DNA of 47,899 bases, filler included, from Stramenopiles sp. TOSAG23-2 (taxonomy: Eukaryota): the NCBI GenBank assembly GCA_900128395.1. It is 2 parts of 2 records of this genome, joined end to end, with 100 filler letters (N's around TTAATTAATTAA, not from the genome) between each part and the next. Parts side by side here need not be neighbours in the genome. Positions count along the whole stretch, not along the records: positions 1 to 23,916 come from LT649476.1; 1 more part is not named here. One strand, 5' to 3'. Below the pieces are notes generated by a model. It was not told where the DNA came from, did not search any database, and worked only from the letters and a program-made list of their open reading frames with translations. The position numbers and the translations under genes were made by a program. This document shows, in pieces, positions 11,385 to 23,364 of the stretch (position 1 is the stretch's first letter; each line of letters starts with the position of its first letter).

Positions 11385-12073
11385 TTGATGTGTATTAATA
11401 AATAAATGATATAGGATGGATATATGTTTAGATATTGTTTTTTGTTTTGTTTGTTGTAAAAATGTTTTGCGTTTCTTCTGTGTTATAGTGAAATACATTT
11501 TGATGATATATGTATAGCCTAGCAAATTTGCGGAATTTGAGATTAGAGATTTAACCTTTTAGTCCCTGCTGTGTCTATACTATTTTTTTCGGATTAGAGC
11601 TTTTTCAAGCAAGCCTTAGCAAGCACATAGCATTGTGTCTTTTCGGCTCTAATATTCACCAAAATCCAGATTGAAAGGACAAAATTTGCGTTCCGCACAT
11701 CATGCAAATAATACATCAACAAAAAAACATCATAGATTGTTACAATCCTTATTTTCTATTTTATATATAATATTTTATAAAATTTCCGAAAAAAATATTT
11801 TCACGACACAACATAAAGAATATTACCATAGACACAGCATTACAATCGGGATGTTTTGTAAGAATCCAAATTCCGCAAAATTACCCGAGTCTTATACGTC
11901 GCTACGCTCCTTGCAAAGGAGTGTAGCAAGACGTAGAAGACGAGACACCATTAGTGTGAAGGGACCGAGTAATATATGTATATGTAAATAGTGAAGAAAT
12001 TTCTATTTATTTATTATTTATTATTGATGTATATATGATAGGGATATTGTAGTTGGTAGTATATAAATATATA

Positions 12074-14139
12074 TTAATAATCATCTCCAGTGAATATCGT
12101 CATCCCTTCCACTTGTTGATACCCGTTTGATCCATCTCTTTTATATTGTTTTATAGCATTTAATTGTGATTTCATATTATCACTAAGTTGATTATCAGCT
12201 AGGTACAAGTACTTTAATGTCTGGTTTATTTTTAATCCATCAATAATACTTTGTATTCCACCATCATCAGTAATATTATTATTATATAGGTGCAATTCCT
12301 CTAATGTCTTGTTTGTTTTTAACGCTTCACCTATACTTTGTACATCAGTAATATTATTATTGTCTAGGTACAATGTAGGTACAATGTCTTTAATGTATTG
12401 TTTGTTTTTAATCCTTCACCAATACTTTGTACATCAGTAATATTATTATTTTCTAGGTTCAAGGACGATAATGTATTGTTTGTTTTTAACAATTCACCAA
12501 TAGCTAATGCATCCTCATCCGTGAGATTCTTATCATCCAAATCCACTTCCGTCTTCCCATCAAATTCTTTTTCCCATTTAATACATGCAGCACTCTTTTT
12601 TATATTATTAACCACCACTTCTTCTCCCTCCTCCTCCTCCTCCTCCTCATCTTCCAACGATTCTTGTCGTTTCCGTTCCGCTTCCAAACGACGTTTTTCT
12701 CCTTCTTCTTCTTTCTTCTTTCTTTTCCTTTTCTCCTCCCCCTCTTCCTCCTTCTTCTCCCTTTTCTTACGTTTTCTTTCCTCCTCCTCTTCCTTATCTT
12801 TTTCCTTTAAACGTTTTTCATTCTTATCTAACATTTGTTGTTTCATTTGTTCTTCCATTTCTTTCATTTTTCGTTCCATTTGTTCTTGAATTCTGTCTAG
12901 CTTATCATCAATATTTTTTTGCCCTTCCTTTAAATCATTTTGCCCGTCTTTTATATCATTGAAGCCTTCCTGTAATGCTTGTAAAAACTCACCATCACGA
13001 TGACTATTTTCTAAATTTTCTAACACTTCTTTTATATGTTTCAACGTACGCTGATCATTTTGATCTTTTAAATCAAATTTATTGTTAAAGTTTTGCAAAC
13101 TATTTAACATCTCACTCATTTGATTTAAACTATGCGGAGATATATTGTTATGACCATTATTTTGTAAATTATTTAAATTATTCATAACTTGTTTAATAGC
13201 ATTTGTCTGCCCATTTTCAAGTTGTTTGATTTGTTCATTCATCATTTGGAAGGCTATGCCAACATCATCCAATTTACTTTCAATATTACGTTGTCCTTTT
13301 TTTAAATCATTGAAGCCTTCCGTTACAATAGTTAAAAATTCATTATTATCATGTTTTTCTTTCAATTCATCAAGTACATCTTGAATATGAAATAATGTAC
13401 GTTTTGTTTTACGACTTTTTAAATTAAAATTATTATTTAATTCATCTAAATTTCCCAAAATATCTACTAATTTATTGGAACCATCCGGTGATATTTGATT
13501 ATTATCTTGAATTTCTTGCAACATATTTTTAAGTTCATTAAAATTAGTTTCATTTCCATTCCATGCTTTTTCCAAACGTGTTTCAATTGTCTCGAAAGAT
13601 TTTTTAATTGTATTATCCATTTCATTTAATTTATCATGTATTTCTACTATAAATTTAGTATCTTCCAATACTTTATTATTACTATTTAATATTTCAATAC
13701 TTAAACCAGTTTGTACTAATTTCATTGCTTCAACGATTTCACTATCAATGGATTCGTATTTTTTTTTAAATTTTTTAGCACCCCATAAACGACGTACTTT
13801 ACCTAAACCAATGTATTTTTCACACGCTTTATGAAGATCTTCCAAAGCTTCAGCCAAATCATTTAAACCATCTTCTTGGCCTTTTGATATTTTACCATTT
13901 CGTTGATATGCTTGTGCACATTCAGTAAGAATTGATAAAAGAGCATGACAACGTTTAGATATTTTTTTACAATTCTCTTTGTTTTTTTTAGAGGTACGAC
14001 TGGCTGCGGTTGTAATATCATAAATTTGTTTACATGTTTTAGCAACGGAGACGACAGTTCCTACAACTGGTATTGCTGTAGCAATAGTTGTAATTGTAGC
14101 AACAGCAACATTAACTGCTTCAAGTACCATTTCCGTCAT
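12074..14139 (-). pseudogene. MLKL-NTD-like four-helix bundle + coiled coil + RI-type LRR protein, frameshifted by an 11-bp duplication (real lesion or assembly error)
   Basis: N-terminus IPVVG...KNKENCKKISKRC...L..L...C..Y....KVRRLW...KF fits the MLKL/RPW8/MCAfunc-type 4HB pattern. 26-aa LRRs LKTNxTLxxLxLxNNNITD. TAGGTACAATG is tandemly duplicated at 12365-12386; removing one copy joins ORFs 12364..14139 and 12074..12373. Confidence 0.75.
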
Positions 14140-15528
14140 TGTGTGTTTTGTTGTCCAATAATAATAATAATAATGATAAAATATTAAAATATATTTTTGT
14201 GGCTATTTCTTTCTCAACTATGAATATATTTATAATTAAATAATACACAAAATTATATTAATTTTATTATACTTCTTCAATTATAATGTAATAATATATT
14301 ATTAACGTGGAATAAATAATACAAAAATTAATAGTACCACACTAAATATGAATATAAATATGAATAGATAGATTATTTCTAATTTGTAATTGTTCACGTA
14401 TTCATTAAATCAATTTCCTACTTTTCTACATCGATGTATGCATTGCTACCTTCGGTTTGCATTTATTTACACTTTTTACACTCGCTGGTCGTAAGTTTCG
14501 TTCAAATAGTTTTATAGTCTAATTGCCCTTTCAAGTATAAATAAAACCATCTCCTCATTTCCTTCATAAAGATCCATCACGATGATCTTCATGAAAATTA
14601 CATTGTTATACGTTTTAATAATAATATAAAAAATCTTTCCATTTTTTTTTTTAAAAAAAAAGTGATAGGGAAAAAAAGGCCAAGAAAGAATAAGAAGTTG
14701 GAAAAATTAATGGTTTTGCGACGTTTTCCATTGTCCTACGTTTTATTAATTTTTTAAAATCTGATTGTTTAATTGTCCTGCGTGTTATTTATAGTGTATT
14801 AGTGAATTCCTGTAGCAATTAGCAAACACTATTATAGCTATATACATGCTATTTACATACTTCGTACTTATTATATACTAAATATATTATATTACCTATC
14901 AAATATTTCTCAATGCTATGTGCTATGTGTATGTTGGATGCTATTTCAATAGTGAATGGTGAATGGTTTTCCACCTGAAGATATAGGGTATGATTTAGAT
15001 TTGTAAATGTTAGAATACATAAGAAGAATAGGAAAGTTGTAGATTTGAGTTGAACATTTTACAGTAGCTACTACAACAATTAGTATAAGGATCTGTCTTC
15101 CTAGCGAAGTTTTTTTAATAGGCCTATTTACCTGCTAAACAATCTTCTGATTAATATTTCCGTTCTTTTCGCACACCAAAAACATTACAAAACTTACCTT
15201 CGTATGGGGTGAGGTACAGACCGGTGAAAGCAAGAAGAACTACATTGGCAACGTGCAAAGTGTTTGGGAAAGGTATCTATAGATTGATTTGTTCATTATA
15301 GTTATATATCAGTCTTCATTCATATAGTGCTGGTATTATTATTTGAAAAAAGTGTAATATCATTTTTAAATTATTTTTTTTTTTCTAATCATTCTTCTTT
15401 TATAATAAATTTTAGAGTAAAAAAAGATAGCCTTTTATAGACATCGTTTGATATAAGTTACATATATAGACACAAGTAAAAATACGTTAAGATAAAGTAG
15501 AGCACGGCAACGATACATTCAATCCACA

Positions 15529-15924
15529 ATGAATTCAAATGCTGTTGGTGGAAGTGCAATTATTGATGGAGGATCGTCAGAGATGCCACAAACAAATATG
15601 AAAAATAATAACAACACATTATCACGTGCTGGTCCTTCCATGGAGGATATATTTTTATCAACTAGAAAATTAGGATTATTAGAAAGTAGGTTTAAAATAC
15701 CACGGCATTTAACATTTAGGGAAAAGAAATTATTGAGGCATCGTGCGGAGCAACGTAAGGCACAAATGGATGCGGACGAAGCAAAGGAAACGACATTAAA
15801 AGAATCATTTGATGATTTTGAAAACCGTTTAAAAAAAGTCAAGAAAAAAGCAACATCGATTACATTAAAAGATGTAATAGCTGCTCAAAAACCATGTGAT
15901 GAACCTTTAACGCTTGCTTTGTAA
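15529..15924 (+). CDS. Hypothetical protein (131 aa), basic/coiled-coil
   Basis: ATG-started ORF with coding-like composition in AT-rich surroundings. No recognised domain. Confidence 0.6.
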   Translation: MNSNAVGGSAIIDGGSSEMPQTNMKNNNNTLSRAGPSMEDIFLSTRKLGLLESRFKIPRHLTFREKKLLRHRAEQRKAQMDADEAKETTLKESFDDFENRLKKVKKKATSITLKDVIAAQKPCDEPLTLAL

Positions 15925-16492
15925 ATGTATTATTATTATTTTGATATGGAAAATGAAAAACAACAGAAACGGGTGTGTGGTGTATTATATATAAACACGA
16001 CGTAAATATGTCTACACACAATATAAAACAATGTAAAGAAAATGTATAATAATAGCAAAAAATTAAAAGCGAGAGTCCTAAAAAATCTAGATAAAAAAAG
16101 TTTGTATCTCTTTTTTTAATTTTTTCTAATCGAATGATAATACCAACTACAAACTCTTTTACCAAGTCATTTAAACAGGCACTGAAGGACTGAATGAAGG
16201 ATGGAAACACCAAGAGGAGAGAATGAACAGAGAGCAGAGAGAGAGAGAGTTGTGTGCGTGGGAGTAAAATACCACACAAGCCTTTATATCTAGAAAAATA
16301 CGAAAAATAAATATTACTCTAAAACTACGTTTTCCATTTTTGGTCGCTTCTTTTTGTGTGCGTGGTTAAAAACTCTCTCTCCTCTACACCACGTAATTTC
16401 TTCACATACATCGGATTTTACATTTGTTTTTAGTTTTTATATAATATCATAAGATTTAACGTTTACATATATAATTAGTGCGTGGAAAAGGA

Positions 16493-17331
16493 CTAGCAAC
16501 ATTTACTTTTCTTATTTCCATCCACGCCACTTCCACTACCAACATCGAGATCTACACCACCAGATGGTAAACCGCAATTTTCACCATTGGATTCATCACG
16601 TAATTGTTGTTGATTACTCATAAAATGATAAATATCTAATATGATAAATGTTAGTATATGATATGTGTTTATATAATTATACATTTCATTGACTTACCAG
16701 TTAATATTTTATGAAATGCTTCATTTACATGTGTTGAATCTAATGCAGATGTTTCCATAAATGCTAGATTATGTTTTTGCGCGAATGCTACTGCTTCTTC
16801 CGTTGCAACTGCACGTACATGTCGCAAATCGCTTTTGTTTCCAACTAACATGATAACAATACTTGCATCTGCATGATCACGTAATTCTTTTAACCATCGT
16901 TCTACATTTTGAAATGTAACATGTTTATGTATATCATATACTAATAATGCTCCAACAGCACCACGATAATATGCACTAGTGATTGCACGGTACCTTTCTT
17001 GACCTGCTGTATCCCAAATTTGTGCTTTAATAGTCTTTCCTTCCGTTACTATACTTTTCGTTGCAAATTCAACACCTATCGTTGATTTTGATTCAATGTT
17101 AAATTGATTTTGTGTAAACCTAGATAATAAATTCGATTTTCCAACGCCTGAATCACCTATTAAAACAACCTATATTTATTTATTAATTATTATCATTTTG
17201 TTAGAATATTATTATTTCAATATGTACAGAGAATGATATATATATATGTAGTTGTATATATATATATATATATACACATAGTTACTTACCTTGAATAAAT
17301 AATCATAATCTTCATCTTTTGGACCTGACAT
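16493..17331 (-). CDS. RAB11: Rab11 small GTPase (218 aa); exons 17331-17290, 17169-16698, 16635-16493
   Basis: Spliced product [88 protein letters not shown] introns at 17170-17289 and 16636-16697 keep frame. Confidence 0.97.
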
Positions 17332-17713
17332 GTTTTATATTATATATATATTATTATTTTTTTTATTATTATTATTGACAGTTATATATATTAACGATGA
17401 ATAGTCTAGAAATCTAAAATATTTAAAAATGATAAAACTAATAACAATATTACTATTACAAATCTTCCAGTTCAAAAAAATAAAAAAGAAATTAGATGTT
17501 CTTGTTGGATTACACTTCTAACGAGAAAGGAAAAAAGGATTGATCAAAGAAAAGAGAAAAGATGAGGAGAATGAATATGCTATGAAATGCATTATAACGA
17601 CGACGGGTATACATTACATATATATTTAGGCACTTATTAGTATATATATTTGATTCAAAAATTTGATAAGAAAAAAGGCCACATGAGCTAGCATCACACA
17701 GCACTAAAATTTA

Positions 17714-17912
17714 CTAGCATATACACACCACAAGTAATGCTATTCCATGCGAAACATTTCTAGCATATACACACCATCAGTTATGATAGCATACACACAC
17801 CATAAACAATGCTATTCCATTCTAAAAGTTATACACACCATCACTTAGAAGGCTATTCCATGCTAAACAGTTGCTAGCATATACACACCATCAGCAATGC
17901 TATTCCATGCTG
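17714..17912. repeat. Degenerate tandem repeat (TAGCATATACACACCA...TGCTATTCCATGCTA) upstream of RAB11
   Basis: GCTATTCCAT cores inside motifs starting at 17738, 17810, 17851 and 17898, interleaved with ATACACACCA motifs. Confidence 0.8.
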
Positions 17913-18326
17913 GTTCAAAATTACCATACGCACAGCATGGGCTAAAATAAATTTAGGTGGAACTATTTTTCATTAGCATTGCATAGCATTATATATTTTA
18001 TTATATAGATAATTAGTAGCAATTAGTATACATAAAGTACAAGTGACCATCACGACTCACATTCCTCAGTATAGGCCATGGTCATTTGATTAGCCTTGGA
18101 TACATGTTAGTAGGTGAAACAGGTGAAATCGATGACCGCCGAGACTACTGTGTTATTATTTGTTGTTGTTGTAATTATGCCTTAATACAGGTACACTACA
18201 TATTGACACAAGGTACATATCGTTAATAAGGCTGGCGACAACGAAATCAATTTAACAAAAAGTAATTAATTGCATACACCACTTGCCACTTTCATTTCCC
18301 CTCATATCAATACATTTTTTTTAACA

Positions 18327-19925
18327 TCATTTACCACCTTTCTCATCTTGTTGTATTGAAAGTTTACGTTTTTTTAATTTGTTTTTCATACTTTTATGCC
18401 ATTTCGTTTTTAAATGTACTTCATATTCAAGTTGGCCATCTAATTCAGTATCACATATCTCACAATATATTTTTTTCCATTTTAATGTTGGATCTATATT
18501 ATGTATTTTTGGATTACCAAACACTTCTTTTGCTGCATTTAATCTATCGTTCATGATATCTGTTATATTGTTTTCATCCTCCTCCTCCTCCTCCTCCTCG
18601 TTACTATTAATCAATGATTTAGCAATTTGTAATGCAGGTGTCGATACAACATCATTCCATGTAGTTTTATATGTAGTTGTATCAAACATATATACAGGTA
18701 TGCCACGTTTAATAAATCGATTTTTGATCCATTTTAATTGTCGTTTTGCATATCTACGTGTTTGAATGCGAAGTGCATCGGTTCCTTCATGTAATGCATT
18801 TTCATATGCTTTTGACATCCCCGTTTGATTCATTAATTCAATTTCTGTTTCTGTTTTATTTTGACATAATTTTAAATAGGAATTAAATTCTTTAAAACCA
18901 ATTGCTTGTAAAACACCTTGATTCATATGATATTCGTATGTATTATTATTATTATTACCACTATTATTGTTATTATTATTATTATCATTTCTTTCATATT
19001 CTTCTATATCTTTTAATATTATACGTTGCAAATCTCGTATTTCTTTCTCTAAACCAGTTAATAACATTTTATCAATACGATCATTTAAACGTATATCATG
19101 TGTTTCTTTCTCACAATGTAACCATAACATTCGATAATCATATGGCGAATTACCACCAATACCACCACCTTTCGATACTTGTAAATCAATTAAATCACTA
19201 TGGCGTTGACCACTTGTTTCAAAAATTTCAATTGAACGTTCTATTTTACGTATATTATTTGGATGTAATCGTTCTGCCATGACTGGATCAATCGATTTTA
19301 ATTTTTCCCATAAATTACCATTTTTGTTGTTGTTGTTGTTGTTGCTTTTATTTACATTGTTCGATATAGTGTTGGATGGTGTTGTTTTATTTAAGTTATT
19401 ATCATTATCATCATTGCTAGTAATGGAATCCTCGTTTGAAATGATTGTGGTCATTTCTTTTGCATGATTCATAATTTTTTCTTCAAGATTTGAATTACCA
19501 TGATTTATTAACGAATCCCATAATAGCGATTGGACATAATACAGTGTACCACCAACTACTATTGGTACTTTACCACGTTTATGTATATCTTCAATGACTG
19601 GTACAGCTTCTTTACAAAAATCATGAGCAGTAAATACTTTTGTTGGCGGTAAAAAGCTCATTAAATGATGTGGAACACCATCCATTTCTTTTGCATCTGG
19701 TTTTGCCGTTACAATAGATAATCCTTGATACATTTGCAAAGAATCTGCATTGACAACTTCACCATTTAATTTTTTTGCAAGTTCAATACCTAATTTTGTT
19801 TTGCCAGTTCCAGTGGCACCAATTATAACCAATAGTGGTATTTTATTATTTGGTTGGTGTGTTGTCGTTTTTTTGGCTGTAGTCGTCGTAATTTTTCTCA
19901 TGATAGTTTGTATCAATGTTGCCAT
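18327..19925 (-). CDS. TRIT1: tRNA dimethylallyltransferase (MiaA/Mod5/TRIT1 family) with C-terminal zinc finger
   Basis: GATGTGKT P-loop, NADSLQMY, TAKP, VPHHL, VGGTLYY, HPNNIRKIERSIEI, QAIGFKEF, TRRYAKRQLKW, and CEIC...HLKTKWH. Confidence 0.96.
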   Translation of the reverse strand: MATLIQTIMRKITTTTAKKTTTHQPNNKIPLLVIIGATGTGKTKLGIELAKKLNGEVVNADSLQMYQGLSIVTAKPDAKEMDGVPHHLMSFLPPTKVFTAHDFCKEAVPVIEDIHKRGKVPIVVGGTLYYVQSLLWDSLINHGNSNLEEKIMNHAKEMTTIISNEDSITSNDDNDNNLNKTTPSNTISNNVNKSNNNNNNKNGNLWEKLKSIDPVMAERLHPNNIRKIERSIEIFETSGQRHSDLIDLQVSKGGGIGGNSPYDYRMLWLHCEKETHDIRLNDRIDKMLLTGLEKEIRDLQRIILKDIEEYERNDNNNNNNNSGNNNNNTYEYHMNQGVLQAIGFKEFNSYLKLCQNKTETEIELMNQTGMSKAYENALHEGTDALRIQTRRYAKRQLKWIKNRFIKRGIPVYMFDTTTYKTTWNDVVSTPALQIAKSLINSNEEEEEEEDENNITDIMNDRLNAAKEVFGNPKIHNIDPTLKWKKIYCEICDTELDGQLEYEVHLKTKWHKSMKNKLKKRKLSIQQDEKGGK

Positions 19926-20256
19926 TAAAAAGGAATATTATTTTTAGATTTTTTATGATGTACTTGTAATGATGGAATGGTTGAATTATTTTGACTATGT
20001 ATTTATATATTTTTTTTCTTCTATATATATATCTATGGTTACAATATCTTGTATATTTAATGAAATGTATGTATATTTATATATATACACACACACAGAT
20101 TCTTCTCCTATATATAGTTATAGTTAGGTAGATATTATCATGTCATCGATGTGTATCGCCCCAACTATATCCATCCATACCAGCAATAATATATATATAT
20201 ATATTGCTATTGTAGACGACTGGTAGAATGAATGTAGTACATAGTAGTAGTATGAT

Positions 20257-20935
20257 GATCTTCTGGAGGTGAAAATCCTGAAGAAAAATCCAGCACAAAC
20301 AATATAAAAAAATATTTAAGATAAAATCAATTCTAATACTATACTCCTATGATTTCAATGCCTTAAATTACCAACATTCCCATATTAGCATATCTAAATT
20401 AAAATGTTATATATCTCCGAAACAGTGTTCATTTGATATTTTTTTAATCATCTGAAGAAAAATCCAGCAAACAACATCAGAAAAATATTTAAGATAAAAT
20501 CAATTCTAATATTATTTCCTTATGATTTCAATGCCTTAAATTACCAACATTCCCATATTAGCATATCTAAATGTTATATATCTCCGAAACAGTGTTCATT
20601 TGATATTTTTTTAATCATCTGAAGAAAAATCCAGCAAACAATATCAGAAAAATATGTAAGATAAAATCAATTCTTATATTATATGATGATGATTTCAATG
20701 CTTTAAATTACCAACATTCCCATATTTGTATATCTAAATGTTATATATCTCCGAACAATGTGATATTTTTTTGCTGTAAATATGATCTGGAGAAGATGAA
20801 ATCATCTGAAATCCAATATCAAAATATCAGAAAAAAATAACACCATTCACTATTGGCAACATTGATCTGGAGGTGAAATCAATCCTGAAATCCAATATCA
20901 ACAAAATATCAGAAAAAAATAACACTATACACTAT
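20257..20935. repeat. Intergenic tandem array: 3 x ~170 bp plus 2 related ~80-bp units
   Basis: CTGAAGAAAAATCCAGCA starts units at 20278, 20452 and 20619 (periods 174 and 167). GATCTGGAG...CTGAAATCCAATATC..AAATATCAGAAAAAAATAACAC occurs at ~20785 and ~20863. Confidence 0.9.
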
Positions 20936-21282
20936 TGAAAGAAAAGCGAGAAATAACGGTTGTTCCATATATATATGTAAGGAGCTATCTACATGAGCTT
21001 TTAGAGATATCTGCGAAAAGAAAAGACATATTGATTCTTCTTTGATTCATAGACAGACGACATAGTAGAGTAAATATAGTTTTCTTTACATATTGATAAT
21101 TATCGGGTCGTCTATTCAAGTTTATAATACATATATATATATATATATCTTATGTGAACATCATTTTAAATTTTAAAATTAATAATTTGCCAATAATATT
21201 TTTTATAACGATATTTGACTAAAAAAAAAAACAAGATTAATATATATACATACAATACTCCATCAAAAACAATAATATAAAA

Positions 21283-23364
21283 ATGACAACAATTGCAACA
21301 AATGATATTGATATAAAATTAGCAGAAACAAATATCAACGACGATGAAGCTGATACTATGAATAATCCAACCACCAACACCACTATTAAACAGAAAGATA
21401 TGAATATTACTAATAATGATAAAAATAGTATTGTTGCTACTGACGGAAAAAAAAAGGAAAAAGAAAAAAAAGTAGCAAGAAGTACATTAATTGCTGCGTA
21501 TAGACAAGAATGTCAAAAGAAATATGCTGCATTAACAAATGATAAAGATGCAGTTGAGAAATTGAATACAGAATTAAGAAGATTATTCCCATTATATAAG
21601 GAAGTAGATGAAAAAATGCGTTTAAGATCTGTTAATTTATTTGATATGGAATTTGAAACATTAAAACCTTTTATTGAATTTAGGATTTTACAACAAGTTA
21701 TGCAAGAATTATCTGAAATTCGTATAAATACATCTAAAAAACCAGATAAAATGATTGAACGAAGTAAGAAAATTACTGCATATACAGAAGAATGCCAACG
21801 AAAATATTTTGGATGGATCGATAAACCAAATGCAGCTAAAAAATTAAATACTGAAGGACAAAAACTCATGCCACGTTACATGGAAGTACATGAAAAAATG
21901 CGTAAACGAAATTTAAGTATGTCGGAATTAGATTTTGAAAGTTTAAAACCGTTGATAGCATATAGATATTTGCAACAAGCTATGAAGGAATTTACCGCAG
22001 ATGCTATCAGAGGCAGTAGTAAAGGTCGACGTGTAGCACATGGTGGTCGTTCACGTGGTGGTCTTCAATCATGTTCATGTTGTGGTCCACCTACAAATGC
22101 TCGTGGGGCATCAGGCCGTCCATCCTCTAATGGTCCTCCCAAACCAAGACCAATGCCACCACCGTATCCTCCACCAGGAAATGGGAAAAAAATACCAAAT
22201 ATGGTTGTCGGTAATAATAACGAGAAAAGAATATCATTTGAAAAAGATATTGAAAGTTTCGATGTGACGAAAAGAGATAATGTTATTAATTTTCTAAAAT
22301 GGGCAAAAAAATGGTTAGAATCTGATGAATTGCAAAATGAGATTCAATTAAAATGCAAAGATAAAGAAAAGAAAGAGAAAGAACGTATTATTTATGACAT
22401 GTTTGAAGAAGGTTATAATAAAGAATGGATCAAATCAGTTGAAAAAAATTTAAATATTGAAAAAGGAAATGCGGAAAATCGTTTAATGTTTGCCTATGAG
22501 AAATACGTTAGTCGTGGAAAAAAAGATTATTTTTATTATTTAATACAAAAATTATATAAAGCATTTCAAAAAGCGGAAGATGGCTGTTTTCATATTGGTG
22601 TATATGGATCCGATATATTTGAAAAAAAACAAATACGGGATAAAAAAATACGTGAATATAGGAAAGAAGCACAAGAAAAATATATTAATTATTTAAATGA
22701 AAACGATGATGAAGGTGATGATATTGATCGATTAAATGATGAATTTATGAGATTGGTACCAATTTATAGGGATTTACGTGAAAAAATTAGAAGTGGAAAA
22801 ATAGATCCTGCAGAGATGGATTTTGAAACCATAAAACCAATGATTGAATTTCAAGCACTTGAACGGATCATGGATTTATTAGTCAATGATCAAGAAGATA
22901 ATAATGATGATTATTATATGAATCAAAGTTATAATACTACCCATGCAAGACCAGCAAATCAAGCAGAATGTTATGATCCATGTTGTCAACCATTAATGCC
23001 AACAACAGTTGGAGGAAAGAAAAAACCAGCAAAACCGAAAACGTTTAAACGAAAGATTCAAACGAAAAGAAATAATATTTCACAACGTAGTGCGATTAAT
23101 GCAAAACTTGCTGCTTCCACTACTAATACAACTAATGAAAATAGTAATGGTACAAATAATAAAAAAAATACAACAACAGGTATGTACAACTCTTTTTTTT
23201 TTGTCCCCAATTTTTTGCTTATATATATATTGTTCGACCTCACATTAATTATATACCCCCATGTCAAACATACACATTACTAACATTTTTTTATGAAAAA
23301 TATTTATCGATTATTATTATTAGGAGGTGGAGCAGATGATTTATTAAATATGTTTATGAGTTAA
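21283..23364 (+). CDS. Hypothetical protein with three copies of an unrecognised ~75-aa domain; exons 21283-23179 and 23324-23364
   Basis: Long ORF. Intron gtatgt (23180)...actaac...ttag (23323) gives an in-frame C-terminus GGGADDLLNMFMS*. Internal repeat Y..E[CA]Q.KY...LN.E...L.P.Y....EK.R.......[ML][DE]FE..KP.I. Confidence 0.85.

Noticed and set aside
15190-15275. U1 snRNA (ACTTACCT) or an extra exon
   Set aside because: No U1 loop I/II sequences (GATCACGAAG, ATTGCAC) and no Sm site follow. I could not build a consistent spliced ORF on either strand.
20252-20625. C/D box snoRNA cluster (ATGATGA...CTGA)
   Set aside because: Box C is not conserved across the repeat units, and I saw no terminal stems or rRNA-complementary guides.
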